A DNA stretch of 60,352 nucleotides from Patescibacteria group bacterium (GTDB lineage: Bacteria > Patescibacteriota > Patescibacteriia > Patescibacteriales > JAQTRU01), in assembly GCA_028716725.1 (NCBI GenBank), contig JAQUPG010000009.1:1-60352 (forward strand). Direction: 5' to 3'. Made by a program: the position numbers and the translations under genes. Shown here piece after piece: positions 25,206-34,018 of this stretch; the stretch's first letter is position 1, and each line of letters opens with the position of its first letter. The notes under the pieces were generated by a model. That model did not search any database and was not told the origin of the DNA. It saw only the letters and a list, made by a program, of their open reading frames with translations.

Positions 25206-26276
25206 ATGGATAAAGCATTAATTATCTCTAAAATTAAATCTGAAGCATGGGACAAAAATTGGTCGGGAAACTGGCGCGCGGCTTTCGCTTCGCTATATCA
25301 TCTATATACAACTGATTTAAGGCCATACATAGGGAAAAATCTAAAGGTGAATCTTTTAATTTGTGAAAAAGACGTTAGTTCTAATTTTGTCAGTAAAAAA
25401 GATCTAGATAATTATTGCCAATATTTGGCTAAATCGGTAATTAAAAACAATAACCTCTTATTAAAATGGTCCGAAGATACAATCACTACTGCCGGCGTAA
25501 TATTTAAACTGCTAAAAAAATTAAAAAACAGCAAAAATTTAACCGCTAATAATTTACTGGCGCTCAAATCCGGTTTTTATTTGCATATTCCGCCGCATTT
25601 TTCCATGAAAAAAGTCATTGATTACCTTCCGCCAAAATTACAAAAAAAATTTTCCCCAAAACTTATTGACGCCAGAATAAAAACTGAAAATCTTTTTAAC
25701 GCGATTGATTCCGCTTTAAGAGCGTATTGCAAAAAAATAAGCTGGGAAACCGGATATCCGATAAGTTTAACGGAATTTCTAATTATAGATGAAATTATAA
25801 CTTACTTAACCAATAAAAAAATACCAAATAAGAAAGAATTAACGGACCGATCTAAAGGACTGGCAATTTTCTGCGAAGGCAATAATTTAAATCTTTTAGC
25901 AAATACTGATTATGAAAATTTGCAAAAAAACCTAATCGGCCTAACCGGCGATAAATTAAGGGGAGCAGCAGCTTATAGGGGCTTCGCTAAAGGGGTGGCT
26001 AGAGTTGTATTCGACCCCTTCAAAGTAAAAAGGTTTGAGGAGGGGGACATTCTTATTACGGGCATGACCCGGCCGGAATTTTTGCCTTTAATGAAAAAAG
26101 CGGCCGCTTTTGTGACTGACGCCGGCGGCCTATTGTCTCACGCCGCCATAATCGCCAGAGAATTAAAAAAGCCTTGCCTTTTAGCAACCAAGGTGGCCAG
26201 TGAAATAATAAAGGATGGGGATTTAGTAGAAGTTGATGCCAATAAGGGAATAGTTAAAATTTTAAAAAGAGCCTAA
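25206..26276 (+). CDS. Protein with a C-terminal PEP-utilising-enzyme mobile (phosphohistidine swivel) domain
   Basis: The C-terminus reads GDILITGMTRPEFLPLMKKAAAFVTDAGGLLSHAAIIARELKKPCL. The N-terminal ~250 aa are unassigned. The gene is AT-rich. The ATG at 25206 is preferred over the TTG used by the ORF track. Confidence 0.7.
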   Translation: MDKALIISKIKSEAWDKNWSGNWRAAFASLYHLYTTDLRPYIGKNLKVNLLICEKDVSSNFVSKKDLDNYCQYLAKSVIKNNNLLLKWSEDTITTAGVIFKLLKKLKNSKNLTANNLLALKSGFYLHIPPHFSMKKVIDYLPPKLQKKFSPKLIDARIKTENLFNAIDSALRAYCKKISWETGYPISLTEFLIIDEIITYLTNKKIPNKKELTDRSKGLAIFCEGNNLNLLANTDYENLQKNLIGLTGDKLRGAAAYRGFAKGVARVVFDPFKVKRFEEGDILITGMTRPEFLPLMKKAAAFVTDAGGLLSHAAIIARELKKPCLLATKVASEIIKDGDLVEVDANKGIVKILKRA

Positions 26277-26315
26277 TATAGTTCAAACGCGGTCCCCTGT
26301 CCCCGAGCACAAAAA

Positions 26316-26346
26316 GAAAACGTCCTTTTGGGCGTTTTTCTTTTTG
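26316..26346 (+). terminator. Intrinsic terminator
   Basis: aaaacgtcc-tttt-gggcgttttt followed by ctttttg. Confidence 0.7.
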
Positions 26347-26349
26347 GGT

Positions 26350-26378
26350 TTGCCCCCAATCTAACAAAAAGGTATAAT
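26350..26378 (+). promoter_or_regulatory. Promoter, TTGCCC-N17-TATAAT
   Basis: TTGCCCccaatctaacaaaaaggTATAAT, upstream of the zinc-ribbon gene. Confidence 0.55.
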
Positions 26379-26409
26379 TAAGACTATAATAAATATTAAT
26401 TCTTGGTTT

Positions 26410-26742
26410 ATGGATAATGCTACTAATGTTTGCCCGGTCTGCCATCAGGCCGTTTCGGCAGAATATTATTTCTGCCCGAATTGCGGCAATAATCTGAAAG
26501 AAAAACCGAAAGCGATTTCCGCTCTAATCCAAATCGGCCTCTATGCTTTGGCGATTTTTTTGCCGCCCCTGGGTTTATGGCCGGGCATAAAGTATGTAAT
26601 AAAAAAAAGTCCGCAGGCAAAGCGGGTGGGCCTAATAACCATAGTCCTCACCCTAATCTCAACCGTTCTGACTGTCTGGCTTATTTTTTCGCTTTTCAAC
26701 GATTATCTCAACCAGATGAACGGAGCATTGTATGGATTGTAA
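26410..26742 (+). CDS. Zinc-ribbon membrane protein
   Basis: CPVC-x13-CPNC at the N-terminus, followed by two hydrophobic helices. Confidence 0.6.
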   Translation: MDNATNVCPVCHQAVSAEYYFCPNCGNNLKEKPKAISALIQIGLYALAIFLPPLGLWPGIKYVIKKSPQAKRVGLITIVLTLISTVLTVWLIFSLFNDYLNQMNGALYGL

Positions 26743-26795
26743 AAAAATTTCGGAGCCAAGTTTTGAATTGCGAACTCATTTTATAAATAAAATAT

Positions 26796-28574
26796 ATGAA
26801 AAAACGATTTATTATTTTTTTAGCTATAGTCGCTTTAGTGGCATTTATCCCGGTTTCAGAGTCCCGGGCCGAAACCTTGGCTAGTAAATTAAAGGGTCGC
26901 ATCCTTCTGCAGGTAGAATCGCATGGCGAGGCTTGGTACGTCCGTTCCAAGGATTTGAAACGGTACTATATGAAGGACGGCGCGGCCGCATATTCCATCA
27001 TGCGTTTTTTCAGTCTGGGAATCGCGGACGTTGATCTCGCAAAGATTCCTCAGGTGTCAAATACGACCGAAATGAAAGCGGCTTCCTCCGCCTGCGCCAA
27101 CAGCTCGCTTGGCAACCGGTTCCGTGGGGAAATTCTCCTCCAAGTCCAACAACACGGGGAAGCCTGGTACGTGGACCCTGTGAAATGCCGCGCGATTTAC
27201 ATGAAAGACGGATCTGTGGCGTACGAAGTGATGCGTTTCTTGGGATCAGGCGTCTTCACGCGCGACCTTGAAACGATCCAAGACGGCGGGACGGTTGCCG
27301 GGAGCGGCTCAATCGTGGCAAGCTCTCCGACATCCTCCCCATCTACATCCGACATTTCCTGCACCAGCCCTACTGATACGGCGCATATGGATATTTTCGA
27401 TTCCCATGTCCACATCACGTCCAAAGTTAGCGCGTCTCAAATAATTACGGAGATGGATAAGGCGGGCGTGAGCGTGGCAAACCTGTATTCAGGTACTCTG
27501 GATACCGCATCTCAATACCCCGGTAGATTTATAATATTTGCAGATACTCCGGGTGACTGGTTAGAGCGAGACCAAGCATTCATCATTTCTGCTGAGGCAC
27601 TGCTGAACACGGGGAAATATTATGGCATAGGCGAAGCCAACCTTAGATACTACACCGGCAACGGCGGGGCCATTATTCCGCCCCCGACTATTTATGTTTC
27701 GGCAGACACTCCGGCTTGGCTTCAATTGGTGGACTTGTCCGCCGAGCATCATATCCCCATCTCGTTTCACTTCGTGCCTGACGACGCTGTCGCGAACGCC
27801 GCCTTTGAAAAAATGCTGAGCCACAACAGAGACGCTGTCCTTATTTGGGCTCATCTCGGATTTAATAACATGACGATGAGCAGCGCCACGCTCAATGACT
27901 TCCTCCTGCGCTATCCTAATTTGTATTTTGACACGGCCGGGATTCAGAATATGCAAAACCCTCTACCGCAACCCAACTCTAACTGGGCACTGCTCGCAGA
28001 CCAATCTAATAACGGCAAATTGAACGAGGAGTGGAAGCAGTTCTTTGAAACCTGGAACTCCCGTATCTTGTTCGGTTCAGATGCAGGAGGAGGCACAAAC
28101 GGTTTGGAGAGATGGCTCAACTATACGGGCAATATAAGTGATCTTGCCACAGCTGACGCTGTCGGACACTGGAAATCTCTCTTTTCTTACCTGGACAGTA
28201 ACTCTGCTCGCAACATCCTAAGCAGTAACTCCAAAACTCTTTTTTTGAAAGAACAGAAACCTACTTATAATTATTCGGTTGCATCCAATGGCCAGTGTTA
28301 TTCCATTTCCGTAAGTTCCGATTCTTCTGTTTCGGCTCTAACGTTCAATTCAAGCACGCGCGTAGTTACCTTCAAAGTGGCCGATTCCAACGGGACGACG
28401 GGCAAGGCAGTGATAACTATACCGACAGCGCTGGCCGGTGGAACCTTCACGGCTGCCGTGGATGGCCAAAGCGTGAACTCTCAATCAACCTCAAACTCCA
28501 CCAACACTACCATAAGCTTGGAATATGCCGGCGGCATAAGAACAATTACTCTCAGCGCGTCAGGCACGCCTTAA
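26796..28574 (+). CDS. Secreted protein with two ~50-aa N-terminal repeats and a metal-dependent amidohydrolase (TIM-barrel) domain
   Basis: It has a signal peptide. The repeats are GRILLQVESHGEAWYV...YMKDGAAAYSIMRF and GEILLQVQQHGEAWYV...YMKDGSVAYEVMRF. Amidohydrolase-like motifs are FDSHVHI, WAHLG and FGSDAG. The gene is GC-richer than its neighbours. Confidence 0.6.
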   Translation: MKKRFIIFLAIVALVAFIPVSESRAETLASKLKGRILLQVESHGEAWYVRSKDLKRYYMKDGAAAYSIMRFFSLGIADVDLAKIPQVSNTTEMKAASSACANSSLGNRFRGEILLQVQQHGEAWYVDPVKCRAIYMKDGSVAYEVMRFLGSGVFTRDLETIQDGGTVAGSGSIVASSPTSSPSTSDISCTSPTDTAHMDIFDSHVHITSKVSASQIITEMDKAGVSVANLYSGTLDTASQYPGRFIIFADTPGDWLERDQAFIISAEALLNTGKYYGIGEANLRYYTGNGGAIIPPPTIYVSADTPAWLQLVDLSAEHHIPISFHFVPDDAVANAAFEKMLSHNRDAVLIWAHLGFNNMTMSSATLNDFLLRYPNLYFDTAGIQNMQNPLPQPNSNWALLADQSNNGKLNEEWKQFFETWNSRILFGSDAGGGTNGLERWLNYTGNISDLATADAVGHWKSLFSYLDSNSARNILSSNSKTLFLKEQKPTYNYSVASNGQCYSISVSSDSSVSALTFNSSTRVVTFKVADSNGTTGKAVITIPTALAGGTFTAAVDGQSVNSQSTSNSTNTTISLEYAGGIRTITLSASGTP

Positions 28575-28665
28575 TAGGTAAAAATTAAATTTAAACTTCG
28601 TTAATTAGCCCATCTAACTAAAAACAGCCCCGATTTTTCAGGACTGTTTTTATTATAAAAAAGTA

Positions 28666-28860
28666 TTAAGCTTTTTTAACACCGACGGCAGCGTTTCCTT
28701 TCGGGGTTTTTTCAACCTCGAAAGTAACGGCATCGCCTTCTCTCAATTGATCGAAGCTGACACCGTCCAGGCTGTTGGCGTGAAAAAATAAATCATCACC
28801 GCCATCTTGGCTGATAAAACCGAAGTTTTTGTCAGTCAATTTTTTGATAGTTCCTTGCAT
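28666..28860 (-). CDS. Cold-shock protein (CspA family)
   Basis: 64 aa with the RNP-1-like motif KNFGFI and the RNP-2-like motif DLFFH. Confidence 0.95.
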   Translation of the reverse strand: MQGTIKKLTDKNFGFISQDGGDDLFFHANSLDGVSFDQLREGDAVTFEVEKTPKGNAAVGVKKA

Positions 28861-28980
28861 GTGAATGTAGAAATAAAGTTAATAAAGTTAAATATCAAGA
28901 AGTGGAAATTCGACTCTATCTCTACACTTCTAATATTTCACCCCCGGATAGGGGCGGATAGTAATTAAACTAACTATCTA

Positions 28981-29009
28981 ATGTTAGCACAAAAAAATTT
29001 GTTTGTCAA
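28981..29009 (-). promoter_or_regulatory. csp promoter, TTGACA-N17-TAACAT, giving a ~110-nt 5' UTR
   Basis: The minus strand reads TTGACAaacaaatttttttgtgcTAACAT. A long structured leader is typical of cold-shock genes. Confidence 0.6.
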
Positions 29010-29012
29010 TTA

Positions 29013-30095
29013 TTATTTTAATCTCTTAAATATCTTCCTTAACCTCCTCTTAGGATAGGATAAAAAATGTTTAGCGATTTTTTCCAGTTCGCTTTTTACA
29101 TAATCCGCATTATCATATTTTGAAGGGTAGCCGACTAATTCCATAAAACCAGACCCCTTTACTTTTTTCCCGGAGATTGAACCGCTTGCTTCAATCGGAC
29201 CTTCCCAGTAATTTATGGAGCCGAAAATCATTTCCTGATTTTTTACTAAAGCGGAAACTTTTAAATTTATTTTTCTTTCCGGAATTTCTATTTTCCAGGC
29301 CAGCGGATATTTCGCTTTTGTTTTTCCGCTTTCCCAAACCTTGCGGCCGGGGGTTAATTTCAATCCTTTTGGGTTTTCTTGTTTCCCGCCAGAATCCATA
29401 ATCCCCGCTAAATAATCTTTGCTTTTCCCGTCATCATATTCGCAGGCCATAATCTCAACGTCGTTATCAAGCTGGATAGAAAACCAGCTCCATTTGTCTT
29501 TAGAATAACTTACATTTGCCCATTGGTGGTCCATCCATGATTTTCCCGTAACTTTAATGGTTTTATTCCTGATTTTTATTTCGCCCTTAGTTTTTAAATT
29601 GGTCAGGGAGTAATAATAACTGCTCCGCCCGCAGACTTCTATATAGCCCCGCCCGCTTTCCAGCAATGGCTTTTTGGCTGAGACCATTTTTAAATCCAGG
29701 CTGTCAGCTTTTAAACGATAGGAAAATTTTTTAGTTTCTTCCAGAGACCGGTTCAAATACCCGCCCATCAGTATCGGGCTGGCGTGATTAATAAAAAGAA
29801 GGGGCTTTTTAAAACTATCCCGGGAAACAACGGAAATATAATCAACTATCGAATAGAATTTTTTCTTTTTTATGTCAGACAAAATGGAATGAAAAAAGTA
29901 AATATTTTTAAAAGGCGCCCGGATTAAAAAAGGAATTTTCACCTTTTTTGCGTCGGCCTTAAAAAGGCAACTCATAAAAGCGTATCTATTGCCTCCTCCG
30001 TCTTTAAGATTCCCGTTAAAATACCACCATTCAATTATATTATTATGCGCCAATTCATCTTTTGGAAATTTAATCGGCTTTATCTTTTTTGCCAT
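29013..30095 (-). CDS. AttH/CrtC-like lipocalin-domain protein
   Basis: FPKDELAHNNIIEWWYFNGNL...F resembles the AttH / hydroxyneurosporene-synthase-like N-terminal signature. Confidence 0.6.
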   Translation of the reverse strand: MAKKIKPIKFPKDELAHNNIIEWWYFNGNLKDGGGNRYAFMSCLFKADAKKVKIPFLIRAPFKNIYFFHSILSDIKKKKFYSIVDYISVVSRDSFKKPLLFINHASPILMGGYLNRSLEETKKFSYRLKADSLDLKMVSAKKPLLESGRGYIEVCGRSSYYYSLTNLKTKGEIKIRNKTIKVTGKSWMDHQWANVSYSKDKWSWFSIQLDNDVEIMACEYDDGKSKDYLAGIMDSGGKQENPKGLKLTPGRKVWESGKTKAKYPLAWKIEIPERKINLKVSALVKNQEMIFGSINYWEGPIEASGSISGKKVKGSGFMELVGYPSKYDNADYVKSELEKIAKHFLSYPKRRLRKIFKRLK

Positions 30096-30173
30096 AAAAA
30101 ATTTTTGAAAAAATTAAACCGCCTCCTGGCGGCAAAAATTAGGCGGGATAAATTTCCGGGCAGAGATAACCCC

Positions 30174-31088
30174 CTAGACCTTGGAATACCTCCTTACCGC
30201 CATCCAGCTGGCTAAAGCATTTATTAAAGCTACTGCCAAAAATTCCAAACCAAAAATTTTTATAAAATTGCTGCTAAAATAAGAAATGACATTGATATTA
30301 TAACCGGCAAAAAAATTAGCTAAATAGGGCTGGAGCAAGCTTAAAAAAGGATAAAAAATAAAGACAGCCGCGACTGTGCCAATTAGGGTATAAATTAAGC
30401 TTGAAAGCAGGAAAGGCATATGGACAAAAGAGTTTGAAGCTCCGACTAAACGCATAATGCCAATCTCTTCGCGATGGGTATAGATCTCCACTCGGACGGC
30501 GTTATAAACAACAAGCAGGGTGGAAAAAATAAAAATCAAGCTAATAATCATCCCGATTTCGTTTATCTTGTCGGTCAGGCTGTTAATCTTATCAAGCAGC
30601 AGCTGATTGTCGGAAAAATTTTGCGATTCAATCAAATCGCTTTCAATTTTATTTAACTCTCCAATCAGCTCATTCGCCACTTCCGCGCTTTTCGGGGTTA
30701 TAACTAAACTGGGAGTCAGGGGGTTTTTCCCTAATTCCTGCAAAGCCTGCAGGATCTCCGGATTATCCTTATTTTTCTCCTGGAAAAACTCCAAGGCCTG
30801 CGCTTTGGAAATATAATTTACTTCCTTTACCTGGCTTAAATTGCTTACTTGTCCCTTTAGAGCCATAATTTCCTCGTCGGCCGCATCGGGCTTAAGGTAA
30901 AGGCTCACGTCAATTTTGTCTTTAACCGCGCTAATCGCGGTTTCGCTTATGACCCTTACCGCCAAAAGCAGATTTATGGAAAACAAAGCCAAAATTAAAA
31001 TCGTTATGGTGACAATTGATAACCAAATATTGCGGTAAATATCCTGGAAGCTGAATTTTATGATTCGTAAAAAAGAAAGAAAAACCAT
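30174..31088 (-). CDS. ftsX: Cell-division permease FtsX
   Basis: 304 aa with four TM helices, a large extracytoplasmic loop, and the conserved EIGIMRLVGA motif. It lies downstream of ftsE. Confidence 0.85.
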   Translation of the reverse strand: MVFLSFLRIIKFSFQDIYRNIWLSIVTITILILALFSINLLLAVRVISETAISAVKDKIDVSLYLKPDAADEEIMALKGQVSNLSQVKEVNYISKAQALEFFQEKNKDNPEILQALQELGKNPLTPSLVITPKSAEVANELIGELNKIESDLIESQNFSDNQLLLDKINSLTDKINEIGMIISLIFIFSTLLVVYNAVRVEIYTHREEIGIMRLVGASNSFVHMPFLLSSLIYTLIGTVAAVFIFYPFLSLLQPYLANFFAGYNINVISYFSSNFIKIFGLEFLAVALINALASWMAVRRYSKV

Positions 31089-31096
31089 GGAAAAAT

Positions 31097-31169
31097 GTAA
31101 AAAGGAAAAGCTAAAAACGAAAAAGGATAAAAAAATTTAACTTTTTAGTTTTTCACTTTTAGCTTTTAG
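31097..31169. repeat. AT-rich word hairpin between ftsE and ftsX
   Basis: aaaaggaaaagctaaaaacgaaaaagg ... ctttttagtttttcacttttagcttttag form imperfect inverted arms. Confidence 0.65.
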
Positions 31170-31170
31170 T

Positions 31171-31851
31171 TTATAAAATATACTTCCCTACTTCCTGATC
31201 GCTGACTATCACGCCATTATCCAAAGTAATAACGCGGCGTTTCAGCTTATTAACGACCTCGCGGTTATGGGTAACTAAAACCACGGTCGTGCCAAACCGA
31301 TTTATCCGCAAAAGCAACTCAATAATTTCATTGGCATTAATAGAATCAAGATTGCCGGTCGGCTCATCCGCCAAAAGGATTTTGGGCCGGTGGACCAAGG
31401 CCCGGGCAATCGCCGCCCGCTGCTGCTCTCCGCCGGAAACTTCATGCGGATAGCGGCCTTGCTTATCTTCCAGGCCCACTATTTTCATGACCTGCGGCAC
31501 AATGCTCCCTATCTTAGTCGGCGTGTTGCCGCAGACTTCCAAAGCGAAAGAAACGTTTTCCCGTAAATTCTTTTTCGGCAGCAGTTTAAAGTCCTGAAAA
31601 ATAACGCCGATCTGCCGGCGCAGCCAAGGCACTTCCCTTTGGCCGATATTGGTAATATCCCAGCCGCCAACCAAAACTTTTCCGCTTGAAGCCCTTTCTT
31701 CCCCGGTTAAAATTTTTACCATGGTGGTTTTCCCCGTGCCGGACTGGCCGACAATGGAAATAAATTCCCCCGGCTTGATATGCAGATTAACGTCTTTCAG
31801 GGCGGCGACATCGGGATGGTATATTTTTGATATATTTAAAAGTTTTATCAT
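31171..31851 (-). CDS. ftsE: Cell-division ABC ATPase FtsE
   Basis: Walker A GQSGTGKTT, ABC signature VSGGEQQR, and Walker B ILLADEP. Confidence 0.9.
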   Translation of the reverse strand: MIKLLNISKIYHPDVAALKDVNLHIKPGEFISIVGQSGTGKTTMVKILTGEERASSGKVLVGGWDITNIGQREVPWLRRQIGVIFQDFKLLPKKNLRENVSFALEVCGNTPTKIGSIVPQVMKIVGLEDKQGRYPHEVSGGEQQRAAIARALVHRPKILLADEPTGNLDSINANEIIELLLRINRFGTTVVLVTHNREVVNKLKRRVITLDNGVIVSDQEVGKYIL

Positions 31852-31904
31852 AACTTAAATAATAAAATAAAAAAATAACAAAATAAAACTTTTTAACTTT
31901 TCTA

Positions 31905-33500
31905 TTATTTTATTATTTTTCTAACAACATACTTAATAAGATCCCCGGTTTCAACAAAACTGCCGTCCCTGCTATCGCTGCCCAAAGTAACCGCAATTAA
32001 CTTCTGATCGCCTATTTTGGCTCTGATCATCAGGCAATAGCCGGCCTCGTCCAGATACCCGGTTTTTGACCCGGCAATAGTAAAACCATTATTCACTTGC
32101 AGTAATTTATTGGTATTCACTAAGCGATGGGCTTTTTTCGTATTGATAGTGGAAAATTTATATTCCCTAGTGATACTGGCCTTCTCTATAATCGGATTGG
32201 TAAACACCTTTTTTGTTATTATAGCATAATCCAAGGCAGAACTCACGTTTTCCGGAGCCAATCCGGTAGGTTCAACGAAATGGGTTGAAACCGCTCCCCA
32301 ACCGGCCACGGTCTCGTTCATTTTATTTATAAATTCATCGCGAGGCAGCCCGCTCACTCTAACTAAAGTTTCAATGGCGTTGTTAGCCGAACCCACCAAA
32401 GCGGAGTAAACCAAGTCCTCAACCGTCAGGCTGTCCCCGTCTTTTAAAGTTACTTTGGCCGACTCCCATTTATTGACGTATTGGTAATTAAACTCTTCAT
32501 CCTGAAGCTTATAAGTTACCACTTCATTTAAACTCGGCCGAGTTTCAAGAAATACTTTTATAGCCACCAATTTTGTTAAACTGGCTAAAGGCAAGGTGGA
32601 AGTAGCGTTTTTCTCCAAAAGGATTCCCCCGCTGTCTTCGTCCATAACCACGGCTGATTTCGAGGCAATAGCCAATTCCGGCGTCGCGCCGGTTTCGGTT
32701 ATGCCTAAAGTCCGGCCATAAGCGTCTGGAATAACTTTAAGCGGCTCCACTCTGACGTTGATTACTCCGTCCCGCAAAGAGGCAATTTTAGAAAAAGCAA
32801 CTTTATCTAAATCAACTACCCGGTCGGGGTGCAAATTTCTGTCCGGGCCATAATCATTTATTTCCACGTCTACAAACTTGTCATTCTCCGTATTGTAAAC
32901 CCGCAATTTTGAACCTTTGGGAAAATCCGGGGAAGCGGCAAAATTTCCATTTTTATAAGCGTACCAGCTGGCCCGGCCGATTACCGGGACCTCCGGGCTG
33001 GAAAAAATCGCAATCCTGGCAAAAGGCAAATGGATTAAAGACCGGACAAATTTTTTTGCCGGATAATCCTTGGTCGGCAAGGGCCGCCAGGAATTGAAGT
33101 TTTTATCATAAAAAAAGACCTGCTTATAACCACCCGAGTCTTGGCTGTAAGAAAACTGGATATAAAATGGTTTATTATTGTCATAAGCAGCCTTATTCCT
33201 GAATTCAAACTGATAAATATTACTTATCCGGTCCAGTTGCCAGGGTGTAGGCATATTTTCATTGATTTGGGCAACATCAACGCCGGTGGCTTCGGACAAT
33301 ATACCTGGCACTAAAGATAATTTTAATTCATCATTAAAAGCGCCAACCGTATAACCCTTGGCAATCGTGGCCTTATCAAGATTTATAAAATAATACTGGT
33401 TAGGGTCAACCGGCTTCTCTTCATCAGCAAAAACAAAACTACCAACCAATAATGTTAGTAGTATTGTTATTATTCCTATTTTTCTCAAATAATTTCCCAT
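31905..33500 (-). CDS. Secreted fusion of an RlpA-like double-psi beta-barrel domain and a D-alanyl-D-alanine carboxypeptidase (peptidase S11)
   Basis: The DPBB-like segment is GRASWYAYKNGNFAASPDFPKGSKLRVYN...VEINDYGP. The S11 motifs are LASLTKL (SxxK), GSANNA (SxN) and SKTG (KTG). Confidence 0.75.
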   Translation of the reverse strand: MGNYLRKIGIITILLTLLVGSFVFADEEKPVDPNQYYFINLDKATIAKGYTVGAFNDELKLSLVPGILSEATGVDVAQINENMPTPWQLDRISNIYQFEFRNKAAYDNNKPFYIQFSYSQDSGGYKQVFFYDKNFNSWRPLPTKDYPAKKFVRSLIHLPFARIAIFSSPEVPVIGRASWYAYKNGNFAASPDFPKGSKLRVYNTENDKFVDVEINDYGPDRNLHPDRVVDLDKVAFSKIASLRDGVINVRVEPLKVIPDAYGRTLGITETGATPELAIASKSAVVMDEDSGGILLEKNATSTLPLASLTKLVAIKVFLETRPSLNEVVTYKLQDEEFNYQYVNKWESAKVTLKDGDSLTVEDLVYSALVGSANNAIETLVRVSGLPRDEFINKMNETVAGWGAVSTHFVEPTGLAPENVSSALDYAIITKKVFTNPIIEKASITREYKFSTINTKKAHRLVNTNKLLQVNNGFTIAGSKTGYLDEAGYCLMIRAKIGDQKLIAVTLGSDSRDGSFVETGDLIKYVVRKIIK

Positions 33501-33523
33501 TATCAGCTAAAAAATTAATCTAT

Positions 33524-33552
33524 TTGACTAGTTTGGATTATAACAATATAAT
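33524..33552 (+). promoter_or_regulatory. tRNA operon promoter, TTGACT-N17-TATAAT
   Basis: TTGACTagtttggattataacaaTATAAT, about 180 nt upstream of tRNA-Gly. Confidence 0.65.
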
Positions 33553-33663
33553 TATAGCATAAAAAATCAACAGGCAAAAATCAATCAATAATTAAGCATT
33601 TGTCATCAATAAATCCAAAATCGGCAATCTAAAATCTAATATTTCTCGTCTACGCGAATCACT

Positions 33664-33741
33664 GCGGGCATTGCCCGCGTGCCGTCGCTAAAGCTATGGC
33701 GACGTGCGACCGTAGTCCCGAAGGCTCGGGACGAAGGCGGG
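33664..33741. repeat. Cluster of three GC-rich hairpins abutting the 5' end of tRNA-Gly
   Basis: The hairpins are gcgggcattgcccgc, gtcgctaaagctatggcgac, and gtcccgaaggctcgggac followed by gaaggcggg. The last element overlaps tRNA positions 1-5. Confidence 0.7.
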
Positions 33742-33810
33742 TATAGTATAATGGTAGTATGCGACCTTCCCAAGGTTGAGGCACGGGTCCGATTCCCGTT
33801 ACCCGCTCCA
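33737..33810 (+). tRNA. tRNA-Gly (anticodon CCC), CCA encoded
   Basis: The acceptor stem is GCGGGTA/TACCCGC and the anticodon loop is TTCCCAA. The T-arm is ACGGG-TCCGATT-CCCGT, which gives a non-canonical C at position 55. Confidence 0.85.
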
Positions 33811-33890
33811 TTCAATTTCTGATTTCAGAATGAATGCTAATCGCGATGTATGAATTAAAAAATCTAAAATCCGCGATCTAAATTTAATCT

Positions 33891-33963
33891 GCCGATGTAG
33901 CTCAGCTGGTAGAGCAATGCTTTCGTAAAGCAGAGGTCGCCGGTCCGATCCCGGCCATCGGCT
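33891..33963 (+). tRNA. tRNA-Thr (anticodon CGU)
   Basis: The acceptor stem is GCCGATG/CATCGGC and the anticodon loop is TTCGTAA. The T-arm is GCCGG-TCCGATC-CCGGC, again with C at position 55. Confidence 0.85.
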
Positions 33964-33973
33964 CAAAAAAATA

Positions 33974-34005
33974 AAAAGAAGGCGAGAGATATTCCGCCTT
34001 CTTTT
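33974..34005. terminator. Bidirectional terminator between tRNA-Thr and the MFS-like gene
   Basis: Stem aagaaggcg/cgccttctt, flanked by an A-run and a T-run. Confidence 0.7.
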
Positions 34006-34018
34006 TATTTTTTAAAAA

